Source: an uncultured Acidobacteriota bacterium
Lineage (GTDB): Bacteria > Actinomycetota > Acidimicrobiia > Spongiisociales > ZC4RG35
Reading direction: 5' to 3'
Length of the DNA: 64,000 nt
Assembly (NCBI GenBank): GCA_963720925.1
Contig: CAVRHE010000011.1
Span: 98,798-162,797 of the forward strand
Shown here one piece after another: positions 42,337 to 53,200 of this stretch (position 1 is its first letter; every line of letters starts with the position of its first letter). A model generated the notes under the pieces. The model was not told where the DNA came from, ran no database searches, and saw nothing but the letters and a program-made list of their open reading frames with translations. The position numbers and the translations under genes are program-made.

Positions 42337-42703
42337 GAGCTACACGACCTCGGAAACCGTCGCGGCACGTATCGGCGACGCCCTGACCGGGCTGTTCGGC
42401 GAGGCCTCCCCGAGCACCTTGTTCTCCGAGCCAATCCAACACGGAGACGACTTCGTCGTCACTGCGGTCGCCTGGGAGCGGGCCGGTGGCTTCGGGTTTG
42501 GCGCCGGCCAGGGTCAGGGCCAGGGTGAGGAGAGCGGGAGCGGAGAAGGTGGGGGAGGTGGCGGCTTCTCGCAAGGACGTCCGGTAGCGGTGATCAGGGT
42601 CACGCCGACTGGGGTGGAGGTGACGCCGGTGATCGACTTCACCAAGATCGGCGTCACGCTGCTCCTGGCATCGCTCGGGGTCTGGCGAGCCCTCAGCCGC
42701 TGA
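42326..42703 (+). CDS. GerW/YtfJ-family protein (sporulation-protein-YtfJ-like)
   Basis: DFVVTAVAWERAGGFGFGAGQGQGQGEESGSGEGGGGGGFSQGRPVAVIRVTPTGVEVTPVIDFTKIGVTLL. The Gly-rich insert and the flanking beta strands are typical of this family. Confidence 0.55.
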   Translation: MASESYTTSETVAARIGDALTGLFGEASPSTLFSEPIQHGDDFVVTAVAWERAGGFGFGAGQGQGQGEESGSGEGGGGGGFSQGRPVAVIRVTPTGVEVTPVIDFTKIGVTLLLASLGVWRALSR

Positions 42704-42725
42704 GGTCATCGCCGCCGCTCGCAGC

Positions 42726-44211
42726 TCAGGACTGACGCGCCCGCCCGGAATCGGGATCGATGATCAAGGACGACACGTCGACGGCTTGGAATGCCGATCC
42801 GGGGATCTCCTTCAACTCTCGCAGCATGTCGTTGTCCCATCTGGGATCGGGGCTGCCGGATATGTACCAGGACGAGCCGTTGTCGGCGAGGATGATCCCG
42901 TACTCCTTGAAGGCCCGCAGAATCACCTGCACCTGTGCGGAGAAACCCGAGATGTCGAATTGGGACGACAGGCGAAACCTCTGCCCCATGGGCGGCAAAG
43001 CGACGCTGGACGAGTCGGAGGCGTCGTGTCGGGCGGGCCAGACGTGCGCCGACTCTCGTCAGTGGCGCTGTGAATCTGATCGCGTGATCGATGTGCCCGG
43101 AGAGGACTTCGTCGTAACGGACGAGGCCGGGGAAGATCGGCAGTCCGGCGGCATCTGCTGAGGTCCAGCCGTCCGGGCGTAATCGAGATGAATCGAGTTG
43201 ATATCGGGCACCGGACGCGGCTTGCCACGACGATCCAAGCCCTGGGTGGGCATCGAACAATTCGAAGAGCTCGCATCGATAACGGTCGACGACGATGACA
43301 TGACGATCACCCGACGAATCGGCCCCCCCTTCGATCGGGGCGCCGGCAGGGATCGGGAATGGTCCAGGGTCGGACTCGGCGCCGTACGCGGTATACGTGA
43401 CGGGCACGGCTGGGGTGCCGGCCTGCGCTTCGATGTAGGGGATGCCAATGGGGCTATTGGACCCCGGCGGCCACACACCTGAGCCAAAGTCGGGGTGGAG
43501 ATGGGCCGAGGCCCCGATCGATGACACGTATTGAGCCGATCGTGCATGCACCGGCAGACCATCGATCCGGGTGTTCCAGATGTCGTCCGCAGGCAGGGTG
43601 GGGCATCGTGCCGGTGGTCGGTTTGGGGTGAGGTGGGTGGCTCGGGTGAGGAGGGTGGCCATCTGGTCTCGTCTGATCGGGTCGTCGGGGCAGAACCGGG
43701 TGTTGGCCGGCGGGTTGCAGCCGATGGTCACTCCGGCGGCAGCGATCTTTTGGATTGCTTGTTCGAAGAGGTGGCCGTTGTCGTCGGTGAACCGGTCGTG
43801 GTTGGACACCGGATAGTTGAAGGCTCTGGCCAGCATGGCGGCCATCTCTCCCCGGGTCATGTTCCGTTCCGGGCAGAACCGGTTGTTGGCCGGGGGGTTG
43901 CAGCCCTGGGTTATCCCGGCGGCGCGGAGACGGTTGATCCCAGCTTCGAATGTGCTGGCTTCGTCGTCGACGAAATAGTCGTTGGGGGTGGAGCCGAGAT
44001 CGAGGGCTCGGGCCAGGAACACTGCCATTTGGCCACGGGTGACGGTCCGATCTGGACAGAAGCGATCATTGACCGGCGGGTTGCACCCACGGGTGATGCC
44101 CTCGGCGGCGATGGCCTCGATGCCCCCCTCGTGGACATTCCCATCGTCATCGACAAACGAGCCTCCAGGAGGAAGCACCGCCAGGAACACCGCCAACAAC
44201 AGCGCATGCAC
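42726..44211 (-). pseudogene. Secreted protein with three SLH-like 'GCNPP' repeats and an uncharacterised C-terminal domain of about 330 aa. It has one frameshift near 43052.
   Basis: Signal-like N-terminus (VHALLLAVFLAVL). Three repeats of the form FVDDDGNVHEGGIEAIAAEGITRGCNPPVNDRFCPDRTVTRGQMAVFLARAL. The C-terminal domain continues in another frame (…SAHVWPARHDASDSSSVALPPMGQRFRLSSQFDISGFSAQVQVILRAFKEYGIILADNGSSWYISG…). Confidence 0.55.
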
Positions 44212-44256
44212 CGCTAGTGAATCGACTCCTTCGCCGCCCGACTCAAGGGGTACGGC

Positions 44257-44715
44257 CTAGACATCGGCCCCGGGCTTCACCACCAGTACGTCACACATCG
44301 CACCCTTGACTGCCTGGTCGGCGGTCGAGCCAAGCAGCCATCGGCCCACTCTTCCTCGCCCCCGGGGGCCGACCACCAGCACCGATCCACCGGCCTCGGA
44401 GCAGTAGGTGATGAGTGTCTTGCCCGGGTCGCCGTCGAGCTCGACACGGATCACCTCAGCCTCGGAGTCTTGGAGGATGGGCCCGGCCTGCTCCCAGATC
44501 TCGGCTCGGTCGCTCTCAGCCAATTCGCGGGTGTGGATGGTGCGATCACCTTCGAGATGGAGGACCGCCGGGCTGACGTCGAGGACGTGCACGACGTGAA
44601 GCGCGACGCCACGCCATTCGGCTTCCCGGGCGGCGTGTCGTAGTGCGGTGAATCCGGGCTCGGATCCGTCGATTCCCACCACTACCGGCCCCGTTGCGCC
44701 AGACGTCGCTGTCAT
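44257..44715 (-). CDS. Universal stress protein (UspA family)
   Basis: VVVGIDGSEPGFTALRHAAREAEWRGVALHVVHV...the ATP-binding motif is VLVVGPRGRGRVGRWLLGSTADQAVKGAMCDVLVV. Confidence 0.8.
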   Translation of the reverse strand: MTATSGATGPVVVGIDGSEPGFTALRHAAREAEWRGVALHVVHVLDVSPAVLHLEGDRTIHTRELAESDRAEIWEQAGPILQDSEAEVIRVELDGDPGKTLITYCSEAGGSVLVVGPRGRGRVGRWLLGSTADQAVKGAMCDVLVVKPGADV

Positions 44716-44738
44716 GGCGGCATCCTAGGATCCCGAAA

Positions 44739-45632
44739 ATGGCAGCGATCGAGGTCAAAGGGCTGGCGAAGTCCTACGGCGATGTCGTGGCGGTCGACGG
44801 TGTGGACATCACGATCGAGTCGGGCGAGGTGTTCGCCCTGCTCGGGCCCAACGGCGCCGGGAAGACCACCACCGTCGAGATCCTCGAGGGACATCGGTCC
44901 GCCGATGGCGGCCGCATCAGCGTGCTCGGCTTCGATCCTTCAACGGGTGGCCGTGCGTACCGAGAGCGGATCGGGATCGTCCTCCAGGAAGGCGCGGTGG
45001 AACGTGAGTTCTCCGTACGGGAGGTGCTGTCGATCTACGGAGGTATGTATCCCAGGCGTCTCGACGCCGACCACTTGATCGACCTCGTCGGGCTCACCGA
45101 GAAGGCCGACGCCCGGATCAAGACCCTGTCGGGCGGCCAGCAACGCAGACTCGAGCTCGCCTTGGGGCTGGTCGGTGATCCCGACCTCTTGTTTCTGGAT
45201 GAGCCGACAACCGGTTTCGACCCCTCGGCGCGAAGGCAGGCGTGGGGGATCCTCGAGAACCTGACTGCCCTTGGGAAGACGATCCTGCTCACCACCCATT
45301 ACATGGACGAGGCGCAGCATCTCGCCGACAGGATCGCCGTCATCGACCGGGGCAAGATCGTGGCCGAGGGCACGCCCGAGACGCTCGGAGGACGGGCAGA
45401 TGGGAAGAGCGTCATCCGATTCGCTCTTCCTCCGGGCGTCAGCCCGGAGGAAGTACCAGTCAGCGCGATCACTGTGAACGGCGGCCTCGTCGAGGTCAAT
45501 GCCGAGTCCGCCACCCGTGCACTCCATCAGCTCACGACTTGGGCCCTCGGGAAGGGCCTGGAGCTGGAACGGCTCCAGGTGACCCGGCCGTCCCTCGAAG
45601 ACGTCTATCTGGAGTTGACCGGTGAGCACTGA
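44739..45632 (+). CDS. ABC-2-type (DrrA-like) transporter ATP-binding protein
   Basis: Walker A (GPNGAGKTTT), signature (LSGGQQRRLELALGL), Walker B (LLFLDEPTTGFDP). Its stop overlaps the permease start. Confidence 0.85.
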   Translation: MAAIEVKGLAKSYGDVVAVDGVDITIESGEVFALLGPNGAGKTTTVEILEGHRSADGGRISVLGFDPSTGGRAYRERIGIVLQEGAVEREFSVREVLSIYGGMYPRRLDADHLIDLVGLTEKADARIKTLSGGQQRRLELALGLVGDPDLLFLDEPTTGFDPSARRQAWGILENLTALGKTILLTTHYMDEAQHLADRIAVIDRGKIVAEGTPETLGGRADGKSVIRFALPPGVSPEEVPVSAITVNGGLVEVNAESATRALHQLTTWALGKGLELERLQVTRPSLEDVYLELTGEH

Positions 45633-46464
45633 CGCGTTGCGACGGCCCCCCGTGGTTTCCCTGGTCTGGCAGCAGTTCCTCTATCAGAACAAGGTCTTCT
45701 GGCGCACTCCGATCGCGGCGTTCTTCACCATTGTGTTCCCACTCATGTTGCTCGTGCTCTTCACCGCGATCTTCGGCAACGAGGAGATCGAAGGCCTGGG
45801 GATCACCACGGCTCAATACTTCACTCCCGGCCTCGCCGTGTTTGCTGCTGTCTCGGCGACTTACACCAACCTGGCCATCGGCACCGCCATCGCCCGGGAC
45901 AACGGGATACTCAAACGCATCAGGGGAACACCGATCCCACCCTGGGGGTACATCGCCGGGCGGGTAGTTTCGTCCGTCTACCTGGCCTTCCTTGCCATGG
46001 CTCTCATGATGGCGGTTGGGGTGGTCTTCTACGGTGTCCAGATCATCGCCCGGACGCTGCCGGCAGCCTTGCTCACATTCGTAGTCGGAGTCAGTTGTTT
46101 CGCGGCCCTCGGCATGTTGGTGGCGGCGATCTCGCCAAACGGCGACGCCACGCCTGCCATCACGAACGCCACCCTTCTCCCGGTGGCGTTCATCTCGAAC
46201 ATCTTCTTCCCAATCGAGAACCCACCTCGGTGGATGGAGATCGCAGGCAACTTCTTCCCACTCAAGGCGTTTGCCGAGGCATTCCGTGACGCCTTCGATC
46301 CCACGCTGACCGGGTCTCAGTTCCACTGGCCCCAGATCGGCTATCTCCTCCTTTGGGGAGTCGTGGCCGGCCTCCTCGCGATTCGGTTCTTCAAGTGGGA
46401 ACCGTCAGCGGGGTCGACGTCGCGTCGTCGTCGGAGAGATGAGTCGAAACCCGTAGCCGCATGA
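45622..46464 (+). CDS. ABC-2-type transporter permease
   Basis: Six TM helices, an ABC2_membrane-like layout, coupled to the upstream ATPase. Confidence 0.8.
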   Translation: MSTDALRRPPVVSLVWQQFLYQNKVFWRTPIAAFFTIVFPLMLLVLFTAIFGNEEIEGLGITTAQYFTPGLAVFAAVSATYTNLAIGTAIARDNGILKRIRGTPIPPWGYIAGRVVSSVYLAFLAMALMMAVGVVFYGVQIIARTLPAALLTFVVGVSCFAALGMLVAAISPNGDATPAITNATLLPVAFISNIFFPIENPPRWMEIAGNFFPLKAFAEAFRDAFDPTLTGSQFHWPQIGYLLLWGVVAGLLAIRFFKWEPSAGSTSRRRRRDESKPVAA

Positions 46465-46471
46465 CCAGGAG

Positions 46472-47506
46472 GTGATTCCGTTGCACACCGCAGACCCGGA
46501 TCGATATCGCCGGATGCCTTATGCCCGCTCGGGGCGGAGCGGCCTCGATTTGCCCCGCATCTCTTTGGGGTTGTGGCACAACTTCGGGGGCGAGTCGCTG
46601 ACCGAGGAGGGTCGGCGCATGATCCTGAGCTCGTTCGACCAGGGGATCACCCACTTCGACCTGGCCAACAACTACGGGCCTCCGCCCGGATCGGCGGAGC
46701 GGAACTTCGGGTCGCTCATGGCGTCGGACCTGGCGCCCTATCGAGACGAGCTGATCATTTCCACCAAGGCGGGATACGACATGTGGGAGGGGCCTTATGG
46801 TGAATGGGGCTCTCGGAAATACATGCTGGCCAGCTTGGACCAAAGCTTGGCGCGTATGGGGCTCGATTACGTCGACATCTTCTACTCCCATCGATACGAC
46901 CCCGACACCCCGCTCGAGGAGACCTTGGGCTCGCTCGACACCGCGGTCCGGTCGGGCAAGGCTCTCTACGTCGGGATCTCCTCATATGGCCCAGAGAAGA
47001 CCCGTGAGGCGCACGCGATCCTCGCCCGGCTCGGGACACCGTTCATCATCCATCAACCCTCCTATTCGATGCTCAATCGGTGGGTGGAAGACGGCTTGCT
47101 CGACGTCCTCGGCGACCTCGGCATCGGCTGCATCGCATTCTCCCCATTGGCCCAGGGGCTGCTGACCGACAGGTACCTCGATGGCATCCCCGCCGACTCC
47201 CGGGTGGCGAAGGGAGGTGCGCTCGATCCCTCGATGCTCTCCGAGGACAACATGGCCCGGGTGCAGGCCCTGAGCGACATGGCACGAGAACGCGGCCAAT
47301 CGCTGGCCCAGATGGCCGTCGCCTGGGTGTTGCGCGACGATCGCGTCACCTCGGCTCTCATCGGCGCAAGCCGCTGGTCACAGGTCGAAGACCTGCTGCG
47401 GGCGGTGGACAACACGCGGTTCAGTGACGAGGAGCTGGCCGCGATCGATCGGCACGCGGCGGAGGGCGATATCAACCTTTGGGCCAGATCCAGCGACGCG
47501 GGCTGA
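46472..47506 (+). CDS. Aldo/keto reductase (AKR14 / YghZ-Gpr-like L-glyceraldehyde-3-phosphate reductase)
   Basis: GTG start. It aligns end to end with E. coli YghZ (…SLGLWHNFGG…GITHFDLANNYGPPPGSAERNFG…ELIISTKAGYDMW…IGASR…). Confidence 0.85.
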   Translation: MIPLHTADPDRYRRMPYARSGRSGLDLPRISLGLWHNFGGESLTEEGRRMILSSFDQGITHFDLANNYGPPPGSAERNFGSLMASDLAPYRDELIISTKAGYDMWEGPYGEWGSRKYMLASLDQSLARMGLDYVDIFYSHRYDPDTPLEETLGSLDTAVRSGKALYVGISSYGPEKTREAHAILARLGTPFIIHQPSYSMLNRWVEDGLLDVLGDLGIGCIAFSPLAQGLLTDRYLDGIPADSRVAKGGALDPSMLSEDNMARVQALSDMARERGQSLAQMAVAWVLRDDRVTSALIGASRWSQVEDLLRAVDNTRFSDEELAAIDRHAAEGDINLWARSSDAG

Positions 47507-47515
47507 CGGATCCAG

Positions 47516-47962
47516 GTGAGAGATTCTGAAGTCAAGCGATGGTCCGCCCTTCACCGGGTGCTCTACGAGGCGACAAACGGAGCGCTCGGCCGGCGTCTGG
47601 TCGGCAACGACATGCTTCTCCTCACCACACGCGGGAGGCGGACCGGCGAGGCGCACACCGTCCCGTTGCTCTATCTTCGCGACGGGGACCGTCTGTTGGT
47701 GATCGCCTCTTACGGCGGGCGCGACCACCACCCCGAGTGGTATCTCAACCTTCTCGCGGAGCCCGAGGTCACGGCTCGCGTCGGTGCTCGTAATCTGGCG
47801 ATGACCGCGCGAACCGCTTCTTCTTCAGAGCGAGACGTTTGGTGGCCCCAGGTGGTGGCCGCTTACGGCGACTACTCCGTCTATCAACAGAGGACAGAAC
47901 GAGAGATCCCGGTGGTCGCACTCGAGCCCGCGGTCGGAGGCCGCACAGTGGCAGAGCCCTGA
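47516..47962 (+). CDS. Nitroreductase-family deazaflavin (F420)-dependent oxidoreductase (DUF385-type). This is the second copy in the window.
   Basis: ALHRVLYEATNGALGRRLVGNDMLLLTTRGRRTGEAHTVPLLYLRDGDRLLVIASYGGRDHHPEWYLNLLAEPEVTARVG. Confidence 0.75.
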   Translation: MRDSEVKRWSALHRVLYEATNGALGRRLVGNDMLLLTTRGRRTGEAHTVPLLYLRDGDRLLVIASYGGRDHHPEWYLNLLAEPEVTARVGARNLAMTARTASSSERDVWWPQVVAAYGDYSVYQQRTEREIPVVALEPAVGGRTVAEP

Positions 47963-47982
47963 GGTCGCATAATCTCAGCCTC

Positions 47983-49137
47983 ATGTCGATCGCCGACCGC
48001 CTTGCATCGTTCGGGGTCACCATCTTCAGCGAGATGACCGCGCTCGCCCTCGAGCACGATGCCATCAACCTGGGACAGGGATTCCCGAACTGGGAAGGTG
48101 CCGGCTTCGTGAAGGAGGCCGCGGCTCGATCATTGGCGGAAGGCGGCAGCGACCAGTATCCGCCGAGTCAGGGAGTGCCCGCGCTGCGGCAAGCCATTGC
48201 AGATCGATACGGGCCGCTGCTGGGCAGGGAGATAGATCCTGTCGAAGAGGTGACGATCACCTGCGGATGCACGGAAGCACTTGCAGCATCGTTCCTGGGG
48301 CTGATCGACCCCGGAGACGAGGTGATCCTCATCGAGCCCTTCTACGACGCGTATCCGGTATTCGTCTCAATGACCGGGGCGGTCCCCAGGTATGTGACTC
48401 TGAGACCGCCGGGGTTCGAGCTCGACTTGGACGAGCTTCGATCCTTGTTCTCTCCGAACACGAAGGCGATCGTCCTCAACAACCCCCACAACCCGACCGG
48501 CCGGGTGTTCACCGATGAGGAGCTGTCGGCGATCGCTGCACTCTGCGTCGAATATGACGCGATCGCCATCACCGACGAGGTCTATGAGGAGATGGTCTAC
48601 GACGGCCGGCATCTGCGACTGGCCACTTACGAGGGGATGCGGGGGAGAACCCTGACTCTGTCCTCGATCGGCAAGACGTTCTCGCTCACGGGTTGGAAGG
48701 TCGGGTGGGGCATTGCCCCGACAACCCTCACGGCAGGGTTGCGCGCCGCCCACCAGTTCCTCACCTTCACCACTCCGACTCCGGTGCAGCACGGTGCGGT
48801 GGCGGCGATGACCGCCCCGGTCGATTTCTATGAGGACCTCCGCTCGGGTTACCTGAAGAAGCGGGACCTTCTGGCCGATGGGCTCGTGCGGGCCGGATTC
48901 GACGTCCACCGCCCCCAGGGCACGTACTTCATGATGGCCGGTTTCGACCGCTTCGGATTCGCCGACGATCGCACGTTTTGCCGACATATGGTGGAGGCCG
49001 CTCGGGTAGTGGCGATCCCCCCGAGCGGCTTCTACCACCGGCCCGAGGATGGGGCCTCGCTGGTCCGCTTCGCCTTCTGCAAGGACGAGGAGATCCTCAC
49101 CGAGGCGCTGGACCGACTCAGCGACCTCGGCGGGTGA
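47983..49137 (+). CDS. PLP-dependent aminotransferase, class I/II (kynurenine/methionine-aminotransferase-like)
   Basis: MSIADRLASFGVTIFSEMTALALEHDAINLGQGFPNWEGAGF...LNNPHNPTGRVFTDEEL...SSIGKTFSLTGWKVGW, with the Lys in SIGKTF. Intact 384 aa. Confidence 0.85.
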   Translation: MSIADRLASFGVTIFSEMTALALEHDAINLGQGFPNWEGAGFVKEAAARSLAEGGSDQYPPSQGVPALRQAIADRYGPLLGREIDPVEEVTITCGCTEALAASFLGLIDPGDEVILIEPFYDAYPVFVSMTGAVPRYVTLRPPGFELDLDELRSLFSPNTKAIVLNNPHNPTGRVFTDEELSAIAALCVEYDAIAITDEVYEEMVYDGRHLRLATYEGMRGRTLTLSSIGKTFSLTGWKVGWGIAPTTLTAGLRAAHQFLTFTTPTPVQHGAVAAMTAPVDFYEDLRSGYLKKRDLLADGLVRAGFDVHRPQGTYFMMAGFDRFGFADDRTFCRHMVEAARVVAIPPSGFYHRPEDGASLVRFAFCKDEEILTEALDRLSDLGG

Positions 49138-49168
49138 GGCTGCTCAGCCGGCGAAGGCGGGCATCACC

Positions 49169-50128
49169 TCACGCCGCGAACAACTCCAGGCTGGACAGGT
49201 CGTAGGCGGGGTCAGGGAAGTAGATGATGGCGTATTCCAGGCCGAGGGCCTCCCAACCCTTGAGATAGGTGATGACCTGGTCGGGGGTGCCGGAAGCGTA
49301 TTTGTAGAGCTTCGCCTGCTCGGCGGCGCGGTCCTCGGGGACGTACTGGCGCAACCGGGTCTCCAGGGCTCGGATCTTCTCCTGGGCTCCGGATTCCGTC
49401 TCATCGCACACGACGTTGAAGTTGGCCGACCTGGTTATCGAATCGAAGTCGCGGCCGAGATCGCGGCAATGCCCGGCCAGCACCTCGGATTTGTGGGCGA
49501 AAAGGTCGGGCTTGATGCCGAAGTTGGTGTACTCGGCGTGGCGGGCCGCCACCCGCAGCGTCAACTGCTCGCCGCCGCCGGCGATCCAGAGCGGGATGTG
49601 GGGCGTCTGGACCGGTTTGGGTTGGCAGATCGCACCCTCGAGCCGGTAGTGCCGACCTTCGTATTGGACCACCTCCTCGGTCCACATCGCCTTCATGATC
49701 TCGACACCCTCTTCGAGCATCTTGATTCGCGGCGCAGGATCCCGGAATGGGTAGCCGTACCCTTCGTGCTCGTGCTCGTACCAGCCGGCGCCGATCCCCA
49801 TTTCGAGCCGGCCTCCCGAGATGACGTCGATCGAAGCCGCCACCTTGGCCAGGTATGACGGTGGGCGGTAGGTGTTGCATGTGCACATCTGGCCAAGTCG
49901 AACCGTGCTCGTGACTGCGGCCAGCGCCGCCATCAGCGTCCACGCCTCATAGGTGACCTCCTGGGTCGGGGCGGGGACGGTGTGAAAGTGGTCGTACACC
50001 CACAGCGACTCGAAACCGGTCTCTTCGATGCGGCGGGCCACCCTGGTCATCGTCTCCCAGTGCTCTTCCCGGTCGATCCCGGTCAGATCGAGACGCCAAC
50101 CCTGGGGCACGAATGCTCCGAATCTCAT
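49169..50128 (-). CDS. LLM-class oxidoreductase (luciferase-like). The F420-dependent subgroup is plausible.
   Basis: MRFGAFVPQGWRLDLTGIDREEHWETMTRVARRIEETGFESLWVYDHF...MGIGAGWYEHEHEGYGYPFRD. Confidence 0.75.
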   Translation of the reverse strand: MRFGAFVPQGWRLDLTGIDREEHWETMTRVARRIEETGFESLWVYDHFHTVPAPTQEVTYEAWTLMAALAAVTSTVRLGQMCTCNTYRPPSYLAKVAASIDVISGGRLEMGIGAGWYEHEHEGYGYPFRDPAPRIKMLEEGVEIMKAMWTEEVVQYEGRHYRLEGAICQPKPVQTPHIPLWIAGGGEQLTLRVAARHAEYTNFGIKPDLFAHKSEVLAGHCRDLGRDFDSITRSANFNVVCDETESGAQEKIRALETRLRQYVPEDRAAEQAKLYKYASGTPDQVITYLKGWEALGLEYAIIYFPDPAYDLSSLELFAA

Positions 50129-50228
50129 GGGGCGAGGCTAACGAGGTGCCAACTGCGTCGGCGAAACCTGGTTGGACCTGGTCTTTCCGTGTTTACACTT
50201 CATCGCTCCCCGAGACACCCAGGGAGCG

Positions 50229-53200
50229 ATGACGGCACCTTTCTTCGATCCTGGCCCGGATCGAGACGCCTGCGGCGTCGGCTTCATCGCGGCCCGGGAT
50301 CTCGCCCCTAGCTTCCGATTGACCCGTCTTGCCGTCGAGTGCCTGGTCAACCTCGACCACCGCGGGGCACGCGCCGCCGACGGGACCGGTGACGGCGCTG
50401 GTCTGCTGACACAGGTGCCGCATCGGCTGATCAACCGCGAGTTGGCCACGCACGGGCTCGAGGTGCCGCCGGCGCGTCTCGGAGTCGTGATGTGTTTCCT
50501 CTCACCAACCGAGGCTGCGGCATCGCGCTCGGTGGTTACCGAGGCCATCGAGGCGGAAGGGATGCAACTCCTGTTCTGGCGCTCGGTCCCCACCGATCCG
50601 TCAGTCCTCGGAGATCACGCCCGGTTCGTCCTCCCCCTCATCGAGCAGGCCATCGTCACCGGCGACGAAGAGGGCGCCGCCTTCGAGAGAAGCCTGTACT
50701 TGTCCCGGAAGCGGATCGAGAAAGCAGATGTCCCCGGGCTCTCCGTCCCGTCGGCCTCCGGCCGAACCGTGGTCTACAAGGGTTTGTTCACCGCATCCAA
50801 GATCTCTGATTTCTACTGGGACCTGCGCGACCCTGATTTCGAGACTGCGTTCGCCATCTTCCACCAGCGGTATTCGACCAACACCTTCCCGTCGTGGGAC
50901 AACGCTCAACCGTTCCGCACCCTCGCCCACAACGGTGAGATCAACACCATCCAGTCCAACCGATCGTGGATGGTGGCCAGGGAGAAGGCGGCGACGCCGG
51001 GGGTATGGGGGGATCGCCTGCCTGACGTCTTCCCTTTCCTCCAGCCCGGCATCTCCGACTCGGGGAGCCTCGACAACGTGTTCGAGTTGCTCATGCAAAG
51101 CGGCCGGTCGCTGCCACACGTCAAGGAGATGCTCATGCCCGCGGCCTGGGAGAACGTCCCTGACCTGGAGCCGGACCTCGGCGCCTTCTACGCCTATCAC
51201 GCTTTTCTCACCGAGCCTTGGGACGGTCCGGCAGCCATAGCGGCCACCGACGGATCGTCGCTGCTGGCCGGCATGGACCGCAACGGTCTTCGCCCTGCCC
51301 GGTGGGCGGTCACGCCCGAGGTGCTCCTGGTCGCGTCAGAGGCGGGGGTCTGCCCCGAGGAGGAGTCCAAGGCCACTGCCACCGGCCAACTCGGGCCGGG
51401 TGAATTGATCCTGTTCGATGGTGAGACGGGCCATGTGCTGCACTCCGAGGAGGTCAAGCAAGCGCTGGCCACGGCCCGGCCGTACGGGGATTGGGTGAAC
51501 ACCGAAACTCTCCGCATCCAGGCTTCGTTCGACGGTCTTGCCGACGAGCGCTTCGACGCCGCCGCGCTGAGTCGGGTGTTCGGGTACACCGCCGAGGAGC
51601 GCAGGCTCGTCATCGCCGACATGGCGAAGGGTGACAACCCGCTCGGATCGATGGGCGACGACACCGGGCTCGCCGTTCTGGCCAACAAGCCACGCCGACT
51701 CACTCAGTTCTTCCACGAGCAGTTTGCCCAAGTGACCAATCCACCAATGGACCCGATCCGGGAGAAGCTGGTCATGTCCCTCCGCATCCAGCTCGGACGG
51801 CGCGGCCCTCTGCTCGAGGACCGGCCGCAACAGGCCCACCTCATCGAGCTGTCCAGCCCGATTCTCTCCGATGCAGAGCTGGAATCGATCGTCCGTTCCG
51901 GGGACGCGAGGTTCTTCTCACACTGGATCGCCACCACCTGGGCCGTGTCGGACGGACCTGAAGGGATGGAGGGCCGACTCGACGAGATCTGTGAGGAAGC
52001 CACCCAGGCGGTCAAGCTGGGGGCGACGATCATCGTGCTCTCCGATCGGGAGACAGAGGCCACCAGGGCGCCGATACCGATGCTCCTCGCCTTGGGGGCT
52101 GTCCATCACCGGCTGATTGACGAGGGGGTGCGGGGATCGGTTTCTCTGGTTGTGGTATCGGGGGAGCCACGCGACCCGCACGACCTGGCCTGCCTGGTCG
52201 GTTTCGGGGCGTCGGCCGTGAACCCCTACCTGGCCATCGAGCATGCTCGCGATCTCGCTGCGTCGGGCGCCATCGACGTCGACCCGGTGGCGGCGCAGGA
52301 GAACTACCGGCAGGCCATGGAGGGTGGCCTGCTCAAGATCATGTCCAAGATGGGTATCTGCACGCTTTCCGCCTACCGCGGCTCTGAGCTCTTCGAGGTC
52401 ATCGGGCTCTCCGAGCAAGTCTGCCGGAAAGCGTTCCGCAACGCCCCGCGCCGTCTTCGGGGTGTCGGGACGAAGGAGCTTGCCCGCCAGGCGCTGCAAC
52501 GTCACGAGGCTTACACGACCGGGGTGCCCGATCCCGGTGGGTTCTACAAGCATCGCCGTGGCTCCGACACCCACGTCACCAGCCCGATGGTCGTGCTTGC
52601 CGTGCAGAAGGCGGTTCGCTCGGGCGACCCGGAAGATTGGGACAAATACATCGAGATGATCTCGGATCGTGATCCGGCGCTGGTGCGAGATCTCCTCACC
52701 TTCGTGCAGCGGGAACCGGTCCCCCTCGAGGAGGTGGAGCCGGTCGAGGCCATCATGCGCCGATTCACTACTGCGGCCATGTCTCACGGCGCGCTCTCGG
52801 CGGAGGCCCACGTGGCCCTCGCCGAGGCAATGAACCTGATCGGTGGGCACTCCAACTCCGGCGAGGGAGGGGAGGACCCGATCCGGTTCGGCACCCCGAT
52901 GAACTCGGCGATAAAGCAGGTCGCATCGGGCCGTTTCGGGGTCACCCCGGCATATCTCCACTCCGCCGACGAGCTACAGATCAAAATGGCGCAGGGATCG
53001 AAGCCGGGCGAAGGCGGCCAGCTGCCCGGACACAAGGTGTCAGCCGAGATTGCCCGCCTCCGGTACACCGAGCCCGGGGTCACCTTGATCTCGCCGCCCC
53101 CGCATCACGACATCTACTCCATCGAAGACCTCGCCGAGCTCATTTACGACCTCAAGGCGTTCAAGCCGACAGTCCTCGTCTCGGTGAAGCTGGTGAGCGA

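Noticed and set aside
50129-50228. GlnR-box-like GAAAC…GTTTAC spacing upstream of gltB
   Set aside because: The spacing and half-sites do not fit the gTnAc-n6-GnAAc consensus well enough by eye.
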